Below, in pieces: positions 18,197-28,303 of a stretch of DNA of 64,000 nt; position 1 is the first letter of the stretch, and each line of letters opens with the position of its first letter. Source of the DNA: an uncultured Gemmatimonadales bacterium (GTDB lineage: Bacteria > Gemmatimonadota > Gemmatimonadetes > Longimicrobiales > RSA9). The stretch covers positions 480,001 to 544,000 of the forward strand of contig CAVUKA010000005.1 in NCBI GenBank assembly GCA_963741945.1, given 5' to 3'. The notes beneath the pieces are model-generated. The model was given only the letters and a program-made list of their open reading frames with translations, did not search any database and had not been told where the DNA came from. The position numbers and the translations under genes were made by a program.

Positions 18197-18254
18197 GGTC
18201 CGGGCGGCCAGGGTCCGGGCGGCCAGGGTCCGGGCGGCCAGGGTCCGGGCGGCC
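18172..18254. repeat. 15-bp tandem repeat (gggcggccagggtcc), about 5.5 copies
   Basis: direct reading; copy 2 carries a C>T change giving ctag at 18193-18196. Confidence 0.95.
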
Positions 18255-19284
18255 CGTCGAGAACGGCCCGCGCCGCCACGGCGATGCGCTGCTGCGCCAC
18301 CGGGAGTGCCCAGTCGTCCAGGGCGTGCAGCGGCACCCACGCGCTGGCCTCCGGCTCCGGCCGGGCTCCGGCCGTCGAACCGGGGTCCACGCGGAACAGG
18401 GTGGGCAGGTAGATCACTCGCACATGGCTGAAGACATGGCGCACGGGCGCGAGCTCCCGTACAGGCTCGCCCCGGTCCACCATCTCCCGGACCCAGGCAT
18501 GATCGGCGGGCGAGGGGAACTCCCACATCCTGGCGAGCAGACCGGTGGCCGGGCGCCGGACCAGCATCACGGCGCCATCGCCGCGCACCGGCACCGCCAC
18601 TTCGACGGTTCGCTCCGGCAGCGGCGCCCGCTTCGTCGGAAGGGGCCGCTGTTCCTGCACCCCGGCCTCCCGGGCCCTGCACCATTCCGCGATCGGGCAC
18701 TCGCCGCACGCGGGTGCTCTCGGTGTGCAGATGGTGGCGCCAAGCTCCATGAGCGCCTGGTTGAAGTCCCCGGGCCGGACATCCGGCACGAGCCGTGAAG
18801 CCAGGCGGCGAAGCTCGGCGGCTGTGGGGGACGGGATGTCGTGGAGTCGGCTCAGGACGCGCCGGACGTTCCCGTCCACGGCCGGTACGGCCACCGCGTG
18901 CGCGATGCTGGCCACTGCGCCAGCCGTGTATTCCCCGACTCCGGGCAGCTCGCGGAGTGCCGCCAGGTCCGCCGGCACCGACCCCCGGTGCCGCTCACGG
19001 ACGAGCCTCGCCGCCGCGTGCAGGTTGCGGGCGCGGGAATAGTAGCCGAGCCCCTTCCAGGCGAGCAGGACGTCGTCCACGTCGGCCTCGGCCAGGTGGT
19101 CGATCGTGGGAAAGCGGTCCATCCATGCCAGATAGTAGTCGCGCACCGTGTCCACACGCGTCTGCTGGAGCATCACCTCGCTGACCAGGATGGCGTACGG
19201 ATCCGTGGTGTCGCGCCACGGCAGCTCCCGCCGGTGGACGTCGAAATGGGCCAGAAGCGCAGCGGCGATCGGGTGGGTGGACAC
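18193..19284 (-). CDS. mutY: A/G-specific adenine DNA glycosylase
   Basis: RELPWR, SEVMLQQT, WKGLGYYSRARNL, HhH LPGVGEYTAGA, VDGNVRRV, 4Fe-4S C-x6-C-x2-C-x5-C, NUDIX-like C-domain. Confidence 0.96.
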   Translation of the reverse strand: MSTHPIAAALLAHFDVHRRELPWRDTTDPYAILVSEVMLQQTRVDTVRDYYLAWMDRFPTIDHLAEADVDDVLLAWKGLGYYSRARNLHAAARLVRERHRGSVPADLAALRELPGVGEYTAGAVASIAHAVAVPAVDGNVRRVLSRLHDIPSPTAAELRRLASRLVPDVRPGDFNQALMELGATICTPRAPACGECPIAEWCRAREAGVQEQRPLPTKRAPLPERTVEVAVPVRGDGAVMLVRRPATGLLARMWEFPSPADHAWVREMVDRGEPVRELAPVRHVFSHVRVIYLPTLFRVDPGSTAGARPEPEASAWVPLHALDDWALPVAQQRIAVAARAVLDGPPGPWPPGPWPPGPWPPGP

Positions 19285-19390
19285 GACCGGAGGGTAAGGG
19301 TGGGGCGAGGGTGTGTCCAGCGGGCGCGGGGATTGCGCTCTGTCCGCGCTTCCGTGAGCGTTCTTCAGCCCCTCTCACCGGCGAAACCCC

Positions 19391-20683
19391 ATGCGATTGA
19401 CCACCTACAGCAAGTACAAGGGCAGCTGGCTGGACGCCCTCAACCTGGAATCGCTCCTGGAGCGGCTCAGTGATTTTCTGCTCCAGTCCGGGTTCGCGGG
19501 CGGGCCGGAAGACCAGCCGTGGTGGGCGTGGGAGGATCCGCCGGGCGACGACCGCTCGCTGGAATCGCTGAAGGAGGCGCTGCTGCGCGCGCTCATGGCC
19601 AGCGGGCAGCTGACGCCGGAGATGCTGGAGGAGCTCCGGGGTGAGGGCCCGGGCTCGGCGGAGGTGCGGGAGGAGATCGCCCAGCTGCTGGACGACCTCG
19701 TCCGGAAGCTGGTGGAGGAAGGCTACCTGACGCTTTCCGAGGGCACGGGAATGCCGTCGTCGTTCGAGGAGATGGAGGGGACCGGGAAGATCGACGATGC
19801 GGCGAAGGCAGCCCGCCAGGTGGAGTTCGACCTCACGGGCAAGGGGCTGGACTTTCTGGGATACCGTACCCTCCGCGACCTGCTGGGTGCGCTGGGCAAG
19901 TCGAGCCTGGGGAGCCACGAGACCGCGCACCTGGCCACGGGGGTGGAAGCGGAGGCGGCCTCGCGCCCATACCGGTTCGGCGACACCATGAACCTCGACA
20001 TCCCGGCCACGCTGAAGAGTGCCATGGCGCGGGAAGGGATTGGCGTCCCGCTGGACCTCCGCTACGAGGACCTGATGGTTCACCAGGCCGAGTATCGGAG
20101 CTCGTGCGCGACGGTGCTGATGCTCGACATAAGCCACAGCATGATCCTGTACGGCGAGGACCGGTTCACGCCCGCAAAGAAGGTGGCGCTGGCGCTGAGT
20201 CACCTGATCCGGACGCAATACCCCGGCGATACGCTGCGGGTGGTCACGTTCGGCGACCGGGCGGAGGAGGTCCCGCTCAAGAGCGTGGCCCGGGCGCAGG
20301 TCGGGCCCTATCACACGAACACGGCCGAGGGGCTGAAGCTGGCTCGCCGCATCCTTCAGGGGCAGAAGAAGGACATGCGGCAGATCGTCATGATCACCGA
20401 CGGCAAGCCGAGCGCCGTGACCATGCCCGATGGCCGCATCTACAAGAACCCGGCGGGCCTCGATCCGTTCGTGCTCCGGGAGACGTTCCGCGAGGTGGCC
20501 GCCTGCAGGAAGGGCGGGATGGTGATCAACACGTTCATGCTCGCCCGCGATGCCGCTCTGATGCAGTTCGTGGCCAAAGTGAGCGAAATGGCGCGCGGCC
20601 GCGCATACTTCACCAGCACCATGACGCTCGGGCAGTACGTGATGCGCGACTTCCTCCGGGGGCGCACGAAACGGCTCGGCTGA
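19391..20683 (+). CDS. VWA-domain protein (type usually partnered with a Mg-chelatase-like AAA ATPase)
   Basis: [25 protein letters not shown]. Confidence 0.88.
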   Translation: MRLTTYSKYKGSWLDALNLESLLERLSDFLLQSGFAGGPEDQPWWAWEDPPGDDRSLESLKEALLRALMASGQLTPEMLEELRGEGPGSAEVREEIAQLLDDLVRKLVEEGYLTLSEGTGMPSSFEEMEGTGKIDDAAKAARQVEFDLTGKGLDFLGYRTLRDLLGALGKSSLGSHETAHLATGVEAEAASRPYRFGDTMNLDIPATLKSAMAREGIGVPLDLRYEDLMVHQAEYRSSCATVLMLDISHSMILYGEDRFTPAKKVALALSHLIRTQYPGDTLRVVTFGDRAEEVPLKSVARAQVGPYHTNTAEGLKLARRILQGQKKDMRQIVMITDGKPSAVTMPDGRIYKNPAGLDPFVLRETFREVAACRKGGMVINTFMLARDAALMQFVAKVSEMARGRAYFTSTMTLGQYVMRDFLRGRTKRLG

Positions 20684-20821
20684 AGCGATCCCGCAAGGCG
20701 ACGACTGGCCGACCCGGGGGTTCTGGCCGGTCGCGCTCCCGGGCCGTTGCGGACGACACCGCCCCCTCGCACCTTACCGACCGCGAAGCCCCGCCCGGCA
20801 TCAACGCTCCCGAGGAGCGCC

Positions 20822-22942
20822 ATGCATAGATTCCGTCCGCATCACACGGGCGCGCCGGGGCTCATCGCCCTGGCTGCCACCCTGGCCCTCTGCCTGCCGC
20901 TCCACGCGCAGGCACCCGACAGCCTCCGGCCGGACACCGTCTACCGGATCGAGCCCATCGCCATCCGGGCCGTGCGCCCGTCCACCACTGCGGGTGGCGT
21001 CAGCGCCGTGGTCATGCGCATGGACTCGGTCCGCTTCCGAACGGCCCCGCTCCTGGAGGACGTGCTTCGCGCGCTGCCGCTCGTGCAGGTACGGGCCAAC
21101 TCGCGCGGGGAAGCCCAGCTCGCCATCCGCGGCGCGGACGAGCGACAGGTGGCCATCCTGCTCGACGGGGTCCCGCTCACCCTTGGCTGGGACCACCGCA
21201 CCGACCTCTCGGTCGTACCGGTCACCGGAGCGCAGCGGATCCAGCTCATCCGCGGCCTTTCCAGCGTGCTGCACGGCCCCAACGTCCTGGGGGGCGCGGT
21301 GGAGGTGGAGATGGCCGCACCCGATGTGCACGCGCCACCCATCCGCGCCTCTGTGGGCGTGGAAGACAATGGCGGATACGCCTTCGCCGCCCAGACGGGC
21401 GGAGCGCTCGACGCGGGCGCCGGCACGCTGGCGCTCCGGGCGGGCATGGGGCGACGGTGGCGGCCGGGGATCGCGTCGCCCGCAGGGGCGACGGCCGTCT
21501 ACCCCGCCCTCTCCGCTGACGAGCTCCGGGTGAACAGCGATCTGTCACACACCGACGGCTTCCTGTCCGCGCGCTACGGCGGCGCCAGTGGACCGTGGGT
21601 TGCCGGAACGGCGTCGGCGTTCACGGCGGTACGCGGCGTCCCGCCGGAGCTGCACGAGGCCGGGCCACGTCTCTGGCGCTATCCCGAGCTCTGGCGGGCC
21701 GTGGGCATCCTCTCCGCTGGCACCGGGGGAATCGAGAGCTCGCTCGGCACTGCGGACATCCGCTTCAGCGCCGGCGTGGACCGCGGCGCGATGCGCATCG
21801 ACGGGTTCGCTCTCCCGGCGCAACCCGAGCGCGCGACACTGCCGTCCGACTCGTTCTTCTCCACGCTGGATGAGCGGGAGGTCGATGATGACCTCACGGT
21901 GACCACCCGACTCCTGGCGGAGCAACGGCTGGGCAGCGGGACGGCTGTCCGGGCCGCCATCACCTACGCCGACATCCAGCACGATGAAGTCATATCCACC
22001 TCCCTTGCCGGCGGCGACCCGGCCCGGGAGGCGGGCGGATACCGCCAGCGGTTGTGGAGCGCGGGAACGGAGGTCGACCTGCCCTTCTCGCTGGGCGAAT
22101 CCTCCGCGCTCAGCGGCGGGCGCATGAGCGCGGGCGTGGTCCTGGACGGTGGCGACACACCGCGCACCGGCGGCGCCGGCCCCGGCCTCGCCGTGCGGGA
22201 ATGGGGCGGCCGCATCGGCGTGAGCGTCGGGTCGCGCGGCGGGGCCGTCCTGCTGCACGCCGCCGCGAGCCGTCGCGGCCGCTTCCCGGCCCTGCGCGAG
22301 ATGTACTCGACGGCGCTCGGCAAGTTCGAGCCGAATCCGGGATTGCAGCCGGAGATCCTGACCGCCATCGAGGGCGGGTTCACCGCGCGCGTGGGGCCGT
22401 ACGACGTGCAGGCCGTGGGATTCCATCAGCGGCTGGCGGACGCCATCGTCCGCGGCGCCGCCCCCGCCGGGTCCAGCGCGCGGTACATGCGCGTGAACCG
22501 GGACCAGGTGCGCAGCACGGGGCTGGAGATCCTGGCCGGCTACGCGCACCGGCGCTTCGCCCTGGAGACGGAGCTCACGCTCCAGGACGTGCGGGCCATC
22601 GCCGCTGGCGGCCGCGCCGTTCGGGCCGAGTACGAGCCCGAAGTGGCTGCCGGGATCGGTGGCACCGCCCCGCTGCCCGCGGGGCTCGAGCTCGGTGCCG
22701 AGCTGGAATATCGGGGCCAGCAATACTGCGTGGCGCCGTATCCGGGGGAGGAGAACTACGTCGCGCTGGACCCGGATACGCGCGTCGATGTCCAGCTCGC
22801 CCGCACCTTCCGGCTCCCGCGCTCGGGCCGACACCTGGGGATGGAGCTGGCGGTGGACAACGTGGCCGACTCCGCCGTGTACGACCAGTGCGGCCTGCCG
22901 CAGGCGGGGCGAACGTTGAGGCTGCAGCTGCGGGTGAACTAG
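20822..22942 (+). CDS. TonB-dependent receptor
   Basis: plug-domain IRG...VAILLDGVP, RG.SSVLHGPNVLGGAV, NPGLQPE, C-terminal DNVAD...GRTLRLQLRV. Confidence 0.88.
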   Translation: MHRFRPHHTGAPGLIALAATLALCLPLHAQAPDSLRPDTVYRIEPIAIRAVRPSTTAGGVSAVVMRMDSVRFRTAPLLEDVLRALPLVQVRANSRGEAQLAIRGADERQVAILLDGVPLTLGWDHRTDLSVVPVTGAQRIQLIRGLSSVLHGPNVLGGAVEVEMAAPDVHAPPIRASVGVEDNGGYAFAAQTGGALDAGAGTLALRAGMGRRWRPGIASPAGATAVYPALSADELRVNSDLSHTDGFLSARYGGASGPWVAGTASAFTAVRGVPPELHEAGPRLWRYPELWRAVGILSAGTGGIESSLGTADIRFSAGVDRGAMRIDGFALPAQPERATLPSDSFFSTLDEREVDDDLTVTTRLLAEQRLGSGTAVRAAITYADIQHDEVISTSLAGGDPAREAGGYRQRLWSAGTEVDLPFSLGESSALSGGRMSAGVVLDGGDTPRTGGAGPGLAVREWGGRIGVSVGSRGGAVLLHAAASRRGRFPALREMYSTALGKFEPNPGLQPEILTAIEGGFTARVGPYDVQAVGFHQRLADAIVRGAAPAGSSARYMRVNRDQVRSTGLEILAGYAHRRFALETELTLQDVRAIAAGGRAVRAEYEPEVAAGIGGTAPLPAGLELGAELEYRGQQYCVAPYPGEENYVALDPDTRVDVQLARTFRLPRSGRHLGMELAVDNVADSAVYDQCGLPQAGRTLRLQLRVN

Positions 22943-22986
22943 CGGGGCGGCGCCGCGACGCCGCGCCTGGTGGTGGGGAGCGTCGC

Positions 22987-24585
22987 CTACCGGGCCGGCG
23001 GCAGCGACGTGATCCGCGCGACGAGGGAGCTGTCATCCGGGAACTGGCCGGCCGCAGGCAGCCGCCGGAGCAGCTCCTTCCAGTTCTCGTCCTGCGCGAA
23101 CGCCCGCCGGAACAGGGGGAGCGATTCCTCGACCCGGCCGAGGCTGGCCAGCGTGACGGCGTGCCAGAACGCCATCTCGCCATTGCTGGCGGAGTCCGGG
23201 ACCATGGCCTCGGCCGCGGCGTACTCCTCCAGCGCGCGCGCCACGTCCCCCTCCGTCATGGCGGCATCACCCGCATTCATCCGGGCATAGGCCCGCGAGA
23301 GCGTGACCAGGCGACGGAGCTCCCGCACCGGATGCGGATTGTCCTCGACCCGGAGGTCCACGACTCGACCCTGCCAGGGCATGAGCGTCGCGTCACCGCT
23401 CACCACGAGGATGGCCGCCGACTGGCTCCCCCGGATGTCGCCCCCCTCCGCCTGCGCGGCTTCCAGGGCGGCGAGCAGTCGCTCGGTCAGGTCGCCATCC
23501 GTGGTCCGGTACGCCTTGGCCATGGCCGCCGGCACGGTGCTCTTCAGCATCATGTTGGACTGGACGGAGAAGCCGTCGCCCGTGATGTGACTGGCGTGCT
23601 GGATGTCCGATGCCCCCGTGTGCGCCGCCACGCGGCCCTGGGCGTCCACCATGGCCACCTGCCGGACCTCGGGGTGCTCGTCGGCGGCGAGGAGCGCCGC
23701 CAGCGCCTGGTCCGCGGTCCTGCCCGCACGCATCAGGTCGAGACCGAGCGGCCCGTACGACGACTCGATGAACGACTGCGTGGCCACCGCGCCGACGCCG
23801 GGGGCCGCCCACGGAACGAGCGGACCCACGCTGAACCAGTGCGATTGCACCGCGACCCCGAGCTCACCAGAGTCGGGGTCGCGTGCGACGATCGAGAACG
23901 TGTGGACCGGCCGTCCCAGGTCCGGGCGGCCGGAGGTGGCGGCCACGCCGCCACCTCCTTCCGCTGCCGCCCCGGCCGGCGGGGCTGCTTCCGCCGACTG
24001 GGCCCGGTAGACCCAGGTGTACTCGAACGGACCCTTCAGCTTGTCGCTGAAGAGCGTGACGTGGAGCTGCAGCAGCCCGTCCGGGCGCAGCGTGTAGACC
24101 ATCTGCTTGTCGCCGTCTTCCGAATGGAAGAACTGGTCGATCACCCCGGGCGACAGCTCCGTCTTCACCTGCACCACTTCCCCGTCCTCCCGCGTGTACG
24201 GGGCGAACTCACCGTTCCGGAGCGACACGACCGGCGGCTCGTCCGCCCGCAGCGACATGTACACACTGTCCGGCGGATACTTGATGATGATCCGGTCGAT
24301 GGGCTTGTTCGCGTTGCGGAGCCGTCCGCCGGCGATCCCGCGGATGGCGAAGAACATGTGATGCACCGCCTCCTTCACCAGAGGACCGATATCGTCGCTC
24401 TCCTCCGGGACGAAGACGTATGTGCCCGCGGGAATCGGGACCGAGTCCGCCGCGTGCGGCACCGGCGCCACAGCGTTCGCGGCGGGTGGTGGCGGCGGTG
24501 CAGTGTCGACCTGTGCGGCCGCGGTCACGGGCACTCCGGCGATGAGCAGGAGCGCGACGGCCGGCAGCCATCTGGATCGGGCCAT
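22987..24585 (-). CDS. exported DUF1028 (Ntn-hydrolase-like) protein with an extra N-terminal domain and TPR-like tail
   Basis: HTFSIVARDP..GELGVAVQS, GVGAVATQ, GGDIRGSQSA, DLRVED, plus a signal peptide. Confidence 0.85.
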   Translation of the reverse strand: MARSRWLPAVALLLIAGVPVTAAAQVDTAPPPPPAANAVAPVPHAADSVPIPAGTYVFVPEESDDIGPLVKEAVHHMFFAIRGIAGGRLRNANKPIDRIIIKYPPDSVYMSLRADEPPVVSLRNGEFAPYTREDGEVVQVKTELSPGVIDQFFHSEDGDKQMVYTLRPDGLLQLHVTLFSDKLKGPFEYTWVYRAQSAEAAPPAGAAAEGGGGVAATSGRPDLGRPVHTFSIVARDPDSGELGVAVQSHWFSVGPLVPWAAPGVGAVATQSFIESSYGPLGLDLMRAGRTADQALAALLAADEHPEVRQVAMVDAQGRVAAHTGASDIQHASHITGDGFSVQSNMMLKSTVPAAMAKAYRTTDGDLTERLLAALEAAQAEGGDIRGSQSAAILVVSGDATLMPWQGRVVDLRVEDNPHPVRELRRLVTLSRAYARMNAGDAAMTEGDVARALEEYAAAEAMVPDSASNGEMAFWHAVTLASLGRVEESLPLFRRAFAQDENWKELLRRLPAAGQFPDDSSLVARITSLPPAR

Positions 24586-24820
24586 GGCGATTACCCTTTT
24601 CTGGATGTAAGTCGAAGGAGCGAACCACAGTATGCCGATCAGGGCCCGCTGGTTCCATGGCCGCCGGAGAAGCGTGGGAAGGAACGGGCCGGACCGGAGA
24701 CGATGCGGAGCACGGCACGACCTGCGCAAGGGGCGGCAGGCAGCGCTCTCGCAGGAGTGCTATATTATTCGCCGCCGGCCGCCGGGCCGGATCACGTGAT
24801 CTTGACAACGAGGGTGAGGC

Positions 24821-26575
24821 ATGGTGGAGCGTTTCGAGGAGCTCGGCATCGCCACGGAAGTGGCTGCCGGAGCGGAGCGCATGGGATGGCGAGCGCCGAC
24901 GGGGCTGCAGGCGGCGGCGATCCCGGTGATCCGCAGGGGAAACAACGTGATGCTGCACGCGTCCACGGGCGCGGGAGTCACGGGCGCCTACGGGCTCGGC
25001 ATCCTCGACCGCCTTGCCGGCGAGCCGGCGGCCGATTCGCCGCGCGTGCTCGTCCTCACCCCCGACTCCGACGACGCCTCCTCGGTGGCCGACCAGCTCG
25101 CGCGCCTCGCTGCGCCCGCCGCCATCGAGGTGCGCGCGGCGAGCGCCGGCTGGCCGGAGCGCCCCGCCCACATCCTCGTCACAGCCGTCGCGGAGGCCGT
25201 CGCGGCGCTGCGCGCCTCCGCCCTCAAGCTGGACGGAGTGGTCTCGCTCGTGCTGGTCGCCGCCGACCGGCTCCTGGACCTGGAGGGCGGGTCGTCTCTC
25301 GAAACGGTGCTGGAAGCGGTGCCGGCCTCCGCTCAGCGGGTGGTGGTGGCGGGTCGGCTCGACCAGCAGATCGAAGACCTGGTCGAGCGCCACGCCAGGC
25401 GCGCCCTCACGATCCCGTCGCGCCCCGCGGATGAGGAAGCGGAAGCGTGGGAGCCGACGGCGACGGTCCATTTCGTCGTGATCCCCGAGGCCGGGAAGGC
25501 GAGCGCGGCCGCGCATCTCCTCAGTGGAGTCACGGGCGGAGAGACCGCCGTGGTCTGCCGGTCCATCGACCGCGCCGCGCGCATCGCGCCATCGCTTGCC
25601 GGTCGGGGCGTGGCCGTCCAGGGCGAGGGACCGGACAGCCCGGACGCCCGCGTGCGCGTCCTGCCATGGCAGGACGCGGACCAGCGCTCCACCCGCGCCG
25701 ACGTCCTCTCCTACGATGTCCCATTCGATGCGGAGAGCCTCGCGGCACTTCACGGCCGCGGTGGGAGCGTGCTCGTGACGCCGCGCGAGCTGGCCCACCT
25801 GCGCCTCACGGCGCGCCGCGCCCGTGTCAAGCTGAAGCCGGTGAAGCTTCCCGAGTCCGGCGGCATGGACGCCGCGACAGCGCTCCGCGAGCGGCTCCGG
25901 TCCGCCATCCGGGAGGTGGATCTGGCCGCAGAGCTGGCGTTGATCGAGCCGCTCCTGGCCGACATCTCGGCCATTGAAGTGGCCGCCGCTGCCGTCCACC
26001 TCGCCCGTACCACACGCCCCGCCCCGGAGGCGCAGGGCGCGCGCGCCGGCGAGGGCGCAGAGGGTGCGCGCGCGACTGGCGGCGCCAGCCGCCCCGGGGC
26101 GGGCGCTCCGCCGCCGCCCACCACGTGGACCCGCCTCTTCGTGAGCGCCGGCACGCGGGATGGCGTCGGTCCCGGCGACCTCGTGGGCGCCATCGCCGGG
26201 GATGCCGGGATCCCCGGTGACCAGGTGGGGAAGATCGAAGTACGGGAGTCGCACAGCACCGTGGAAGTGCCTGCAGCGCTCGCGGCGACAGTCATCCAGG
26301 CGTTGAACGGTCGCAGTATGCGAGGCCGGAGCCTGCGCGTGGACTATGACCGGAAGGACCGACCGCAGGGGCGAGGCAGTGCGGCCGGCGCGGGGGACCG
26401 GAGCACGGGGGGCAGGACGGGCGCGCCACGCGGAGGCGCTGACCGGCGCACTTCCCGCGGAGCCGGCGGATCCGCCCCTCCCGGCCGTGGTCCTGGCCGC
26501 GGATCGCCGGGCCGCGGATCACGCGGGGGCGGATCACCCGACCGGGGATCGCGCGGGGGCGGATCGTCGTCCTGA
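24821..26575 (+). CDS. degenerate DEAD-box helicase-like protein with DbpA RNA-binding domain and R/G/S-rich tail
   Basis: F.ELG / PT.LQ..AIP Q-motif and DbpA domain (RLFVSAG.RDGV.PGDLVGAI) are intact, catalytic motifs are altered. Confidence 0.85.
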   Translation: MVERFEELGIATEVAAGAERMGWRAPTGLQAAAIPVIRRGNNVMLHASTGAGVTGAYGLGILDRLAGEPAADSPRVLVLTPDSDDASSVADQLARLAAPAAIEVRAASAGWPERPAHILVTAVAEAVAALRASALKLDGVVSLVLVAADRLLDLEGGSSLETVLEAVPASAQRVVVAGRLDQQIEDLVERHARRALTIPSRPADEEAEAWEPTATVHFVVIPEAGKASAAAHLLSGVTGGETAVVCRSIDRAARIAPSLAGRGVAVQGEGPDSPDARVRVLPWQDADQRSTRADVLSYDVPFDAESLAALHGRGGSVLVTPRELAHLRLTARRARVKLKPVKLPESGGMDAATALRERLRSAIREVDLAAELALIEPLLADISAIEVAAAAVHLARTTRPAPEAQGARAGEGAEGARATGGASRPGAGAPPPPTTWTRLFVSAGTRDGVGPGDLVGAIAGDAGIPGDQVGKIEVRESHSTVEVPAALAATVIQALNGRSMRGRSLRVDYDRKDRPQGRGSAAGAGDRSTGGRTGAPRGGADRRTSRGAGGSAPPGRGPGRGSPGRGSRGGGSPDRGSRGGGSSS

Positions 26576-26592
26576 GCGGCCAATCGCGGAAG

Positions 26593-26634
26593 CAAAAACA
26601 GGAGGGCCCCGGCGCCGTGCGTCGGGGCCCTTCT
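26593..26634 (-). terminator. intrinsic terminator downstream of hup (possibly bidirectional)
   Basis: GC stem agggccccggcg / cgtcggggccct followed by a T-run on the minus strand. Confidence 0.7.
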
Positions 26635-26659
26635 CTCGGGTCGCCGCTCTCGTGAGCGC

Positions 26660-26947
26660 TTACTTCTTGACCGCGTCCTTGAGCGCCTTGCCGGGCCGGA
26701 ACGATGGGCTCGTCGTCGGGCCGATCTTGATCTCCTTGCCCGTGCGGGGGTTCCGACCAGTGCGGGCCTTGCGCTTCCGCGTCTCGAACGTGCCGAAGCC
26801 CGTGATCTGGACCCGATCACCCTTCTTCAGCGTCTTGGTGACGATGCCGTCCTTCGTGTTGAACAGCGCATCGATCGCGCGCTGAGCATCCGCCTTCGTC
26901 ATGTCGGTCTTGCTCGCCAGCGCCTGTACCAGCTCGGACTTGTTCAT
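26660..26947 (-). CDS. hup: HU family DNA-binding protein
   Basis: MNKSELV, GFGTF, ARTGRNPRTG, FRPGKALKDAV, with AGGAG RBS. Confidence 0.97.
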   Translation of the reverse strand: MNKSELVQALASKTDMTKADAQRAIDALFNTKDGIVTKTLKKGDRVQITGFGTFETRKRKARTGRNPRTGKEIKIGPTTSPSFRPGKALKDAVKK

Positions 26948-27134
26948 GGATTCTCCTACACGTGGTGGTCAGTGAGTTCGCGCTGCGGTCCGCCCCGAGG
27001 CGGACCACCCTCCGGCCGCGACCCGAGGCCGGCGAAGGGCTCGCTCTCGACAAGCAGGCGGCGCCGTGAACTTGCCGGATCCAGGCGACGACGCCACGTT
27101 TTTCCCGCAACTGCCCTGGCCGAAAGGCTCCGAT

Positions 27135-27163
27135 ACAGTAGGACCGGCTCCGGAGCGCGTCAA
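27135..27163 (-). promoter_or_regulatory. putative sigma-70 promoter for hup
   Basis: TTGACG-N17-TACTGT. Confidence 0.55.
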
Positions 27164-27233
27164 GGGAAAAGTCCGCGGAAAGCCGCATAAAACCGCGATG
27201 ACCGTGATTCCGCACCCCGAGCGCCGATTTCCC

Positions 27234-27950
27234 ATGGCCCCGAAACGACAGCCATCCGACCGAGACGGCGCCGAGCTTCCGGCGGAAGTGAGGGAGCGGG
27301 AGCTGACCGTCGCCCGCGAGATCGCCGAAGCGCTGCTCACCGCGTCCTCGCCCCTGGAGGTGTACCGCAGAGCGCTGGCCCGGGTCACGCCCGTGGTCGG
27401 CGCGAGCTTCGCCTCCGTCTTCCTGCGGGACGAGGAGGACCCGCGCCTTCTGCGCCTGGCATGCGCGCAGAACTGGCCGCAGCAGTCAGCCTTCTACCTG
27501 GGTGAGATGCGCATTCGGGAAGGTCGAGGCCCCACGGGTCGCGCCGTGAGCCGGGGCCAGGCGGTGGAAGTGACGGACGTCTTCGCCGACCGCAGCCTGA
27601 AGGAATGGTGGGAGCCGGCCAGGGAGCTGGGCTTCGTCTCCATGATCTCGCTGCCGCTCATGGTCGACGGAAGAGCCTTTGGCGCGGTGAGCTTCTACTT
27701 CAGTGAGCGCCGGTCGTTCGACGACCCGGAGCGCGCGCTGCTCGCGGTCGTCGCCCACCAGCTGGCCGCGACGGCAGACCGGGCGAGCGTCATGGCGCGG
27801 GCGGGGTCCAGCGCGCGACTGAACCGGGTCGATGACGCGCTGCTGAAGAGGATCTCGGAAGCGGAGGCCGCGCTGGAGCGCGCCCGGGCCGCGTCCAGGG
27901 AGGAGAGGATCAGGACGAGCCGCCCCGGGCCAGCGGAGGGATCGAGCTGA
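27234..27950 (+). CDS. GAF-domain protein with a short C-terminal coiled coil and no output domain
   Basis: ASVFL, GRGPTGRAV, SMISLPL...GAVSFY...LL..VA.QLA. Start uncertain (27198 or 27234). Confidence 0.8.
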   Translation: MAPKRQPSDRDGAELPAEVRERELTVAREIAEALLTASSPLEVYRRALARVTPVVGASFASVFLRDEEDPRLLRLACAQNWPQQSAFYLGEMRIREGRGPTGRAVSRGQAVEVTDVFADRSLKEWWEPARELGFVSMISLPLMVDGRAFGAVSFYFSERRSFDDPERALLAVVAHQLAATADRASVMARAGSSARLNRVDDALLKRISEAEAALERARAASREERIRTSRPGPAEGSS

Positions 27951-28303
27951 ACGGTGCCGAAACGCGCCGTTTGCGGCGAAGCCGGATCCCTGTCCCGGCG
28001 CCGTCCGCGCACGGCTGCACCTTCGCGCGCGACCCCCGCCGGAGCAGCGGACTCCGTGGCCACAGGGGAGCCGCCGTCCGCCGCCGGACGGCGGCGAGCG
28101 CGCCAGCCGGACGCGGCTTCTCCCCTGACGCGGAAAGCGGCTTCTTCATTCCTGGCCTGTCGGTGGATTCTATGGAACGCCAACGGTACTGCAGTGAGGC
28201 CGAGCGTCCGCCGGTCTGGCAGTCCGCCGCCGCACAGGCGCACGCCCCGCTTCGGAGATCGGGGCATCGGGACGCCGGTGTGCACGGACCGATACGGACG
28301 ACA

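Noticed and set aside
18172-18254. Possible CRISPR array
   Set aside because: Contiguous 15-bp units with no spacers and no cas genes.
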